DNA of 64,000 bases from Chitinophagaceae bacterium (lineage in GTDB: Bacteria; Bacteroidota; Bacteroidia; Chitinophagales; Chitinophagaceae). Positions 57,171-64,000 of this stretch are shown here, in pieces. The DNA is taken from the NCBI GenBank assembly GCA_004322015.1, contig SCQT01000032.1:44981-108980 (forward strand), read 5' to 3'. Every line of letters starts with the position of its first letter. Position 1 is the first letter of the stretch. The translations under genes were made by a program, and so were the position numbers. Under the pieces are notes generated by a model. The model had not been told where the DNA came from and ran no database searches. It worked only from the letters and a program-made list of their open reading frames with translations.

Positions 57171-57201
57171 AATCCCCGGTATCCACCGGGGATTTATTTT
57201 A
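57171..57201 (+). terminator. Rho-independent terminator
   Basis: Stem AATCCCCGG pairs with CCGGGGATT across the loop TATCCA, followed by TATTTTA. Confidence 0.65.
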
Positions 57202-57250
57202 GTATGCGTGCAACCTTTTCTAATTTTATTGTCTTTAAGTAAGAACATCC

Positions 57251-57825
57251 ATGGAAAATGAAGCGCTTTTACCTGACTCTTTAGTAACCCGTTGCCAAAA
57301 AGGCGACATGCCGGCTGCTAAACAGTTGTATGAGCAATATGCTAAGGCCATGTATAATATTTGCCTCCGGATGATGAATAATGTCGAAGATGCAGAAGAT
57401 ATGCTGCAGGAGGCTTTTTACCAGGTATTTAAAAATATTGGGAGCTACAGGGGAGAATCTACCATCGGTGCATGGATTAAAAGTATTGTGGTAAATAAAT
57501 GCCTGAATCAGCTAAAAAAGAAACGGCTGACGCTGATAACCACAGATGCTGTAGAATATGCAGTGGAAGAAGATACGATGGATGAGCGGGCATATACTTA
57601 TACAGTGGAAAATGTAAAAAAAGCCATCCAATATTTACCGGATGGATACCGGATGGATACAGGGTGGTATTGACCTTATACCTTTTTGAGAATTATTCTC
57701 ACAAGCAAATAGCAGAGCGGTTAGGTATTTCAGAATCCACAGCTAAAACACAATATATGCGTGCTAAACAGAAAATAAGAGAATATTTTAAAGAGAATGA
57801 TAGAGACTTAAAGCTGTGCGTCTGA
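57251..57825 (+). pseudogene. ECF sigma-70 family factor disrupted by an 11-bp tandem duplication
   Basis: Sigma-2 is intact (DAEDMLQEAFYQVF). The ORF stops at 57673 after ...LPDGYRMDTGWY. Deleting one CCGGATGGATA copy restores LPDGYRVVLTLYLFENYSHKQIAERLGISESTAKTQYMRAKQKI... up to the TGA at 57823-57825. Confidence 0.85.
57638..57659. repeat. Perfect 11-bp tandem duplication (CCGGATGGATA x2)
   Basis: Read directly: 57638-57648 is identical to 57649-57659. Confidence 0.97.
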
Positions 57826-57900
57826 TAATCTGAAAGGATTATATAATCAGGGGCGCACACAATCGTGTGCCCGCGACAGGTTTTCAATATAATTTGGAAT

Positions 57901-58482
57901 ATGAAAAATGCTGACGAGCTGGGAAAATTTATAAGTGACCACCGGGATGATTTTAATTCTGATCTCCCTCCTGATAAGATATGGGATCGGATAGAAAGAA
58001 GATTGAGATCAGTAGGGCAGGAGAGTAGCCGCGAGCGAGGTATAAATATGTCCCCGTTGCCTCGTTTGGGGAAAAGATGGATAAGTGCCGCAGCCGTATT
58101 GCTGTTATGTATTTCATTGGCTGCATTTGTCCGTACTTACCAGGTCAGGCAACAGATAACAGATACAGTTATACCCTCCGGCCTGCAGCAAGCACAAGCC
58201 TATTATGAAAACCGTATTGCCATGCAGATAGACCGCATAAAATCTTTTGAATCCATGCATCAAAATAAGGCAGATACTTCTTTATGGCAATTGTTCGGCC
58301 GGCGGGATGAAGAATATAACAGGATCAGGAGAGCTTTACAGGAAAACCCAGGCAATGCCCATGTGCGTGCCGCTTTTGTAGAATATTACCGCTCACGGTT
58401 AAGCATACTGGATCAAATTGAACAACGGATGGAGACGACGGATGCTTCAGAGAAGGCGGTTAGCAGTGAACAGCGGCAGTGA
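57901..58482 (+). CDS. Putative anti-sigma factor (single-pass membrane protein)
   Basis: It lies immediately downstream of the ECF gene. One TM (WISAAAVLLLCISLAAFV) and a cytoplasmic N-terminal helix. The ATG at 57901 is preferred. Confidence 0.55.
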   Translation: MKNADELGKFISDHRDDFNSDLPPDKIWDRIERRLRSVGQESSRERGINMSPLPRLGKRWISAAAVLLLCISLAAFVRTYQVRQQITDTVIPSGLQQAQAYYENRIAMQIDRIKSFESMHQNKADTSLWQLFGRRDEEYNRIRRALQENPGNAHVRAAFVEYYRSRLSILDQIEQRMETTDASEKAVSSEQRQ

Positions 58483-58540
58483 ATGTTCAATGGTAAACAG
58501 TTAATCAATTTTATCCTTTTTATAAAATAAATATTCAAGT

Positions 58541-59638
58541 ATGAAAACGTATATACGCTTAGGAATATTTTATCTGCTTATGGCGCCCTTATGCACTATG
58601 GGTAAAGACAAGGTAATAGCTCCTGTTACACGTACAATTACCAAAACATTTGATGTAAGCAGCGGGGCGCGACTGACTGTAAGCAACAAATACGGAAAAG
58701 TCAATTTACATACCTGGGATAGAAATCAGATCAAGGCTGTGATTACCGTTACAGCCAATAGTTCCGATAGGGATAACTCACAAAACCTGGTCAACCTGGT
58801 AAACATTCAAAGTGATCAGTCGGGGAATGATGTGACTCTTACAACCATATATAAACCGGAATCAGGCGGTTCTTTCTGGTCCAGATTTTTTGGCGGTGGA
58901 GGCAATCACAGAGGTAATACAGTCAGGATTGATTATGATGTATATGTCCCGCAATCTCTTGCTATATTGCATATTGATAATAACTACGGGGATGTCGCAG
59001 GGAATGATATACCGGGGAATTTTTTCCTGAATATCAACTATGGGAATTTTTATCTGAATAAAGTAGCGGGAAGCCTGCAGTTAGACGCCAATTACAGCGG
59101 CGGATCAGTGAATGGCATCGGCAAAGGAAATATTAATGCGAACTATACAAATTTCAATGCCGGACAGATCAACAACCTGCAAATACATTCCAATTATTCC
59201 GATTGTAAAATCTCCAATGCCGGCGAATTGCAATTTAACGGCAATTATGGTAATTTCTCCGCTGATCAGATTGACGGCATTACAAGCCGTTCCAATTATA
59301 CCGATTATAAGATCGGCACCTTGCAACAACAGGCCAATATGAGTACCACTTATGGAGATATTAAGATACAAACTTTAGGAGATCAGTTAAAAAGTATGAT
59401 GATCCATTCCACGTATGGCAATGTAAAAATAGGAATTCCCCCTAATCTCCCTTTACGGCTGAACATTGATCTTACTTCAGGAGATATTCATACCGGTAAT
59501 CTTCCGCTTCAGATAGAAGAAAAAATCAGTAACCACGGTAGGAATATTTTAAAAGCGGTTATTGCAAGAAAAGGAAATACCCCCCCCGTCGTACAGATAC
59601 AGGGAACCTATTCTGATGTTACATTAATGGAAAAATAA
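58541..59638 (+). CDS. DUF4097-like beta-helix repeat protein (putative adhesin)
   Basis: Signal peptide. Reiterated units of about 19-20 aa are built around N-Y-G/S/T-x-F/Y (NYGDV, NYGNF, NYSGG, NYTNF, NYSDC, NYGNF, NYTDY, TYGDI, TYGNV). Confidence 0.6.
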   Translation: MKTYIRLGIFYLLMAPLCTMGKDKVIAPVTRTITKTFDVSSGARLTVSNKYGKVNLHTWDRNQIKAVITVTANSSDRDNSQNLVNLVNIQSDQSGNDVTLTTIYKPESGGSFWSRFFGGGGNHRGNTVRIDYDVYVPQSLAILHIDNNYGDVAGNDIPGNFFLNINYGNFYLNKVAGSLQLDANYSGGSVNGIGKGNINANYTNFNAGQINNLQIHSNYSDCKISNAGELQFNGNYGNFSADQIDGITSRSNYTDYKIGTLQQQANMSTTYGDIKIQTLGDQLKSMMIHSTYGNVKIGIPPNLPLRLNIDLTSGDIHTGNLPLQIEEKISNHGRNILKAVIARKGNTPPVVQIQGTYSDVTLMEK

Positions 59639-59671
59639 GAATATCTTAAAACTACTTTAAAATATATCACC

Positions 59672-60397
59672 ATGAAATCAACGAAAAAAATCATTGCCAT
59701 TATGGCAACTTTCACCGGACTGTTTTTATTGTCAATAACCTGCTTTGCGCAGACCATTGCAGGAAACGGGAATATTCAATCCCAGGAACGCACAACCGGA
59801 AACTTTACCGGAATAACCTGCTCAGGTACTTTTCATGTTATTTTGACCCAGGGTAATGAAAACAAACTGAAAGTAGAAACAGATGAAAATATACTCCCTT
59901 ATGTCATTACGGAAGTGAGAGGGAATGAGCTGGATCTTCGGACTAAAAAAGGCGTTACGGTAAGACCCACTCATTCCATCAACGTATATATTACTCTCAA
60001 AAACCTGGAATCCTTCGATGTCAGCGGAGTATGCAAAGCAGAAAGTCAGAATATGCTGCAGTCAGATCACTTGAGGATCAGTATCAGCGGTAGTGCGGAC
60101 ATAAACTTGCGGGTGAGCACTGGTCCCCTCACTGCTAATGTGTCGGGAACCGCTAAAATGAACCTGCAGGGTAAGGCATCCTCTTCCGATTTTCATATTT
60201 CCGGATCGGCCGATGTGATGGCAGGTGATCTTGTCACCGACGGGAGTGAGGTGCGTGTATCAGGCATGGGAAAATTACATCTTAATCCGCAGAAAACACT
60301 TAATGTGTCTATATCGGGTATGGGGAAAGTGTGGTATAAAGGAAATCCTGCCATAAACGAATCTGTTTCGGGAATGGGGAAGGTGATGAAAGAATGA
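59672..60397 (+). CDS. DUF2807 / head GIN domain protein
   Basis: GNGNIQSQERTTGNFTGI...LKVETDENILPYVITEVRGNELDL and repeated SG.A/SGMGK strands. Confidence 0.75.
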   Translation: MKSTKKIIAIMATFTGLFLLSITCFAQTIAGNGNIQSQERTTGNFTGITCSGTFHVILTQGNENKLKVETDENILPYVITEVRGNELDLRTKKGVTVRPTHSINVYITLKNLESFDVSGVCKAESQNMLQSDHLRISISGSADINLRVSTGPLTANVSGTAKMNLQGKASSSDFHISGSADVMAGDLVTDGSEVRVSGMGKLHLNPQKTLNVSISGMGKVWYKGNPAINESVSGMGKVMKE

Positions 60398-60493
60398 TAT
60401 CCGTTTCGATGATCGTTGAATGATTGGTGCAGAAATCCTGTACATTTGCTGAAGGAAGAACAAATGTACAGGGATTTTAAATGGATTGATCAC

Positions 60494-61540
60494 ATGCCAT
60501 ATCGCAGAAATAAAATAACCCGTTATTTTCTCCTCTTTTTATTGGCAATTACAGGATGTAAAGGACAAACTGTAAAGCCTCAAAAAACCCCACCGGTTTC
60601 AAACAGTGCGGATTCTTCATTTGCCAAAGGCGCCGATGTGAGCTGGCTGACCCAAATGGAAGCGGCAGGGTTTAAATTTTATGATACCACAGGCCGGCAA
60701 GAAGATTGTCTTCAGATCCTGAAAGAAAAAGGGATCAATGCCATCCGGTTGCGTGCCTGGGTGAATCCTTCCGGTCGCTGGTGTGGTACAACTGATGTAT
60801 TGAGCAAAGCCCTTCGCGCGCACCAGGCCGGATTTAAGGTCATGATTGATTTTCATTACAGTGATACGTGGGCAGATCCGGTACATCAGTCGAAACCTAT
60901 CACCTGGGTTAATGCAGGCACCAGCCCATTAATAGATTCTGTTTACCAATATACTTATTCCGTATTAAGCCTGTTAAAATCGAATGGCATTATCCCGCAA
61001 TGGATACAAGTGGGAAATGAAACCAATAACGGCATGTTATGGCCAAATGGCATGGCAAGTATTCACATGAATACTTTTGCACAAATGATCAATGCAGGGT
61101 ACAATGCTGCGAAGGCGGTGGATAGCTCTATTCAGGTGATAGTGCATATTTCTAATGGTTATGATAACAATTTATTTAGATGGATGTTTGATGGACTAAA
61201 ATTAAATGGCGCTCATTGGGATATCATCGGTATGTCACTATATCCTGATGCAAATAACTGGCAAAGCTTAGATAACGAATGTCTCTCCGATATGCAGGAT
61301 ATGATTTCCCGCTATGGGAAAAAAGTCATGGTATGTGAAGCGGGTATGAGCTGGACTGATTCCCTTGCCTCCCGTCAATTTCTTACGGATATCATCAGCA
61401 AAGTTAAATCGCTGCCTGCCGGCATGGGTTTGGGTGTTTTCTATTGGGAACCAGAGTGTTATAACTGGATGAATTATACCAAAGGTGCCTTTAATAATAA
61501 CGGACAACCTACTCAGGCTTTAGATGCATTTGAACAATAG
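60494..61540 (+). CDS. GH53 arabinogalactan endo-beta-1,4-galactanase (lipoprotein)
   Basis: Lipobox AITGC from the ATG at 60494. INAIRLRAWVNP, DFHYSDTWADPVHQ, IQVGNETNNG and VMVCEAG motifs. It is a paralog of the C-terminal domain of 40355-43627. Confidence 0.85.
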   Translation: MPYRRNKITRYFLLFLLAITGCKGQTVKPQKTPPVSNSADSSFAKGADVSWLTQMEAAGFKFYDTTGRQEDCLQILKEKGINAIRLRAWVNPSGRWCGTTDVLSKALRAHQAGFKVMIDFHYSDTWADPVHQSKPITWVNAGTSPLIDSVYQYTYSVLSLLKSNGIIPQWIQVGNETNNGMLWPNGMASIHMNTFAQMINAGYNAAKAVDSSIQVIVHISNGYDNNLFRWMFDGLKLNGAHWDIIGMSLYPDANNWQSLDNECLSDMQDMISRYGKKVMVCEAGMSWTDSLASRQFLTDIISKVKSLPAGMGLGVFYWEPECYNWMNYTKGAFNNNGQPTQALDAFEQ

Positions 61541-61549
61541 TTAATCTTT

Positions 61550-61557
61550 TATATTTG
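61550..61557 (+). promoter_or_regulatory. Bacteroidota -7 box (TAtaTTTG)
   Basis: Exact TAnnTTTG match 17 nt upstream of the ATG at 61574. Confidence 0.4.
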
Positions 61558-61573
61558 TATCAAAATATTAGTT

Positions 61574-62065
61574 ATGCCTTCATTTGATATTGTCAGTAAA
61601 GTAGATATGCAGTTGTTGGATAATGCCGTCAACGTGGTGCATAAAGAGTTGTCCAACCGTTATGATTTTAAGGGGACGGCTGTGAATATTGAATTGAAGA
61701 AAAAAGAAATGGTCATTAGCTTGGAAGTGGAGACAGATATGAAGATGCACCAGGCAGAAGAAGTGTTGTTAAGTCGTGCCATGCGCCAGGGTATTGATCC
61801 GCAGGCGCTGGATATGACCAAAGAAGCCGGTCAGTCTGGAAAACTTTTGAAAAAAGAAATTCCGGTAAAGAATGGTATATCAAGGGAAGATGCAAAGAAG
61901 CTTATGAATGTGATCAAAGGTTCAGGGCTAAAAGTACAGACGCAAATGATGGATGATACATTACGTGTCAGCGGAAAAAAAATAGATGACCTGCAGGCTG
62001 TTATCCAGCTTTGTAAAACTAATAATTTAGGCATACCGTTACAGTTTAGTAACATGAAAAGCTGA
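61574..62065 (+). CDS. yajQ: YajQ family (UPF0234) nucleotide / cyclic-di-GMP-binding protein
   Basis: MPSFDIVSKVD... N-terminus. 163 aa with a two-repeat architecture. Confidence 0.9.
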   Translation: MPSFDIVSKVDMQLLDNAVNVVHKELSNRYDFKGTAVNIELKKKEMVISLEVETDMKMHQAEEVLLSRAMRQGIDPQALDMTKEAGQSGKLLKKEIPVKNGISREDAKKLMNVIKGSGLKVQTQMMDDTLRVSGKKIDDLQAVIQLCKTNNLGIPLQFSNMKS

Positions 62066-62186
62066 GGCTATTTTCTTTTCTTTAACAATATTTTAAACGT
62101 TAAAAGTTGATTATTTTGCATTACGGTATAATTCTTGGATAGGATTACTTGAAAATCATATCATTTAATTTAAAAAAGTTTGTCCT

Positions 62187-62558
62187 ATGAAAAAGTTAGT
62201 TTCAATGGCGATGGTCTGCATATTTGCAGCTACCGCCGCTTTCGCGCAATTGCCACAGCAAAATCAGCAGAGTGCATCTCAGCCACATCAGACAATGTTT
62301 GCACAGCAAACCGGGCAAAATACGTCCCCGCAGCATAAGCGACAAAGTACGTATTTCCCTCAGCAGAATAACGGATCCGCTTATCCGGAGCAGGATCAGC
62401 AGGCAAAGAATTTCCCTCTTCAGAGGAAAAATCCGGTAATGTCGCAGCAAAGTGGTTATGATACATTGCCGCTGTCTGATACAACCCGTCCGGTAAAAAA
62501 GGATACGTCATCATTGGATACCACGCAAAAGGTAGATACCTCTAATGCGGGTCACTAA
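62187..62558 (+). CDS. Secreted low-complexity Gln/Pro-rich protein
   Basis: Signal peptide ending in AFAQ, followed by a Q-rich region (QQNQQSASQPHQ...). Coding status is less certain because of compositional bias. Confidence 0.4.
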   Translation: MKKLVSMAMVCIFAATAAFAQLPQQNQQSASQPHQTMFAQQTGQNTSPQHKRQSTYFPQQNNGSAYPEQDQQAKNFPLQRKNPVMSQQSGYDTLPLSDTTRPVKKDTSSLDTTQKVDTSNAGH

Positions 62559-62601
62559 CGATATCACACGTTCCTGAACGTTTATATTCGAGTATGTCTA
62601 A

Positions 62602-62630
62602 AAGCCTCTTTTTCAGAAGGGGCTTTTTTT
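62602..62630 (+). terminator. Rho-independent terminator
   Basis: Stem AAGCCTCTT pairs with AAGGGGCTT (one G-U pair) across the loop TTTCAG, followed by TTTTTT. Confidence 0.7.
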
Positions 62631-62697
62631 ATAAAAATTTTGCCGGTAAAGAAAATATACTTAGTTTTGACTGACCATTCAGTCAATAATTAAATAG

Positions 62698-63273
62698 ATG
62701 GCGCCGAGAAAAAAAGAAGATTTTAGTGAAATGGCAGATGCCAGCAGAGAGAAGATATTAAAATCGGCATTTGAACTATTTGCCAATCATGGCTATTCCA
62801 GGACATCCGTGGATATGATTGCACAGAAAGCCAGAATTTCCAAAGGTTTGATCTATCATTATTTTAAAAGTAAAGAGGAAATATTGAGAGGGTTGTTTAT
62901 TCAGTTCGTGGAAGAGACCAACGAGCAGATCCTGTGGAATGAAAGCCAGTCACCCCAGGCAGCCTTGCAGCAACTGATTGACTTTTCAGTCCATTTTATT
63001 ACCGGGGAAGTGAAGTTGAACAGGCTGATGATCTCTTTAGTCCTGCAGCCGGACGTTATTAAAGGAATTAAAAAAGACATGGAACGGCTGCGGGAAGGCT
63101 GGTGGGGAAGACTCACCGCCCTGTTAAAAGAGTTGGGCTATAAAGATCCTGAGGCTGAAGGATACTTATTGGGCGCTATACTCGATGGATTTGGGCTTGG
63201 GTATATTGCTATGGGTAAGGAATATCCTGTTGAGAAAGTAAAAAAATTAATTGAAAAAAAATACGGGCTATGA
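62698..63273 (+). CDS. TetR/AcrR family transcriptional regulator
   Basis: N-terminal HTH (ILKSAFELFANHGYSRTSVDMIAQKARISKGLIYHYFKSKEE). Confidence 0.85.
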   Translation: MAPRKKEDFSEMADASREKILKSAFELFANHGYSRTSVDMIAQKARISKGLIYHYFKSKEEILRGLFIQFVEETNEQILWNESQSPQAALQQLIDFSVHFITGEVKLNRLMISLVLQPDVIKGIKKDMERLREGWWGRLTALLKELGYKDPEAEGYLLGAILDGFGLGYIAMGKEYPVEKVKKLIEKKYGL

Positions 63274-63620
63274 ATTGGTATTTGGCAAAAATAGTTTTTC
63301 GTATCGTTACTGAAAAAGAAACAGCCGAAGGGCTTTTTGAAGAAAAACTCCGCCTGATCAATAGCGGGAACAAACGGGATGCATTAATGGATGCCCATCA
63401 AAGAGGAGAAGAAGAAGCGTCTGTTTTCATTAATGCCGCCGGAGATAAAATTGAATGGCAATTTATTGCCGTATCTGAATTAAAGCCCATAGAGATATTG
63501 AATGATGGGATAGAATTGGATTCTCGTTTGACAGAAATGCCCTGCGATGAATTTATTTCGTTGATGAGGCATAAAGAGAATTTATTATTTCTGGAGGATG
63601 AAACGGTGGTATATTATTAA
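63270..63620 (+). CDS. DUF4288-like protein
   Basis: MNWYLAKIVFRI... N-terminus as I recall it for DUF4288. It overlaps the TetR gene by 4 nt (ATGA). Confidence 0.45.
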   Translation: MNWYLAKIVFRIVTEKETAEGLFEEKLRLINSGNKRDALMDAHQRGEEEASVFINAAGDKIEWQFIAVSELKPIEILNDGIELDSRLTEMPCDEFISLMRHKENLLFLEDETVVYY

Positions 63621-63686
63621 TAGGCATACCGATGCAAAGAATTCAAAGCTTTCCACTCCCCACCAGCTTAAATTTTGATACTTTAA

Positions 63687-64000
63687 CTATTGAACTTTAC
63701 CAATTAGTTGCCTTTTAGGAATTCGTAAAAATAATGAAGCTATGCCACCTGCAAACAGGACTATTGACACGACAGCCAGGCCTGCCGACGGATTGCCGGT
63801 CTTATTGGTAATAAATCCGATAATATTGGGTCCGACTATTCCTCCCAGTACCCCCACAGAATTGATAGTGGCGATGGCAGTGGCTGCAGCCACACCGGAA
63901 AACATAGCAATCGGATAAGTCCAGATTGGCGGCATGGCAGATAACAATCCTGCGGTTGCAATAGATAATGCAATAATTGTCAAAACAATGTGTCCGGTAA
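63687..64000 (-). CDS. MFS transporter, C-terminal part (5' end outside the window)
   Basis: Hydrophobic TM helices. The region GVLGGIVGPNIIGFI is typical of the last MFS helices. The frame remains open to the window edge. Confidence 0.6.
   Translation of the reverse strand, partial: TGHIVLTIIALSIATAGLLSAMPPIWTYPIAMFSGVAAATAIATINSVGVLGGIVGPNIIGFITNKTGNPSAGLAVVSIVLFAGGIASLFLRIPKRQLIGKVQ

Noticed and set aside
56919-57261. ORFs 56919-57248 (minus strand) and 57025-57261 (plus strand).
   Set aside because: They are built from the GC-rich hairpin cluster and terminator, so mirror-image ORFs appear on both strands. This is most likely non-coding.
62202-62514. Three alternative-frame ORFs overlapping the Gln-rich gene.
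   Set aside because: They are artefacts of the low-complexity CAG/CAA-rich sequence. Only the frame at 62187 has a signal peptide.

Overview
The window looks like a chromosomal segment of a Bacteroidota genome. Evidence is a SusC/SusD pair, ECF/FecR-controlled PUL architecture, many TAnnTTTG -7 boxes 15-60 nt upstream of starts, and DUF5103/T9SS-type families. It is probably Chitinophagaceae- or Sphingobacteriia-like, but the taxon cannot be proven from this window. About 60 genes are present.

Housekeeping genes: proS 3' end, truB, trmH-family, trxA, dnaE, pcm, ung, rlmB, tex, yajQ.

Functional clusters:
- Molybdenum block: moeB, moaE, moaD, modA, a TOBE protein, modB and modC.
- Putative nitrosative-stress module: DUF2249, Rrf2 regulator and a group III truncated globin.
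- Probable beta-1,4-galactan PUL: a GH95-like::GH53 fusion, GH2, ECF sigma, FecR, SusC and SusD, with a second GH53 about 8 kb away.
- A second ECF module: sigma, anti-sigma, DUF4097 and DUF2807.

No rRNA, CRISPR array, transposase or integrase was seen.

Most unusual observations:
1. A 91-aa YhbQ-type GIY-YIG ORF sits between a truncated 5' copy and the intact copy of tRNA-Arg(TCT). Its stop codon lies inside the tRNA.
2. A 46-nt direct repeat (44/46) duplicates the 3' end of the lolE-like gene. It brackets a 2.3-kb cytochrome c / porin / cytochrome c cassette, next to an AT-rich island of orphan genes.
3. A perfect 11-bp tandem duplication frameshifts an ECF sigma gene.
4. An epoxide hydrolase gene is frameshifted.
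5. A dispersed family of 8-nt-phased degenerate arrays (ATGGTTNN / ATTGCTNN and their complements) occurs in intergenic regions, two of them starting at the stop codon of the upstream gene.

All family assignments come from motif recognition by eye. No searches were run.
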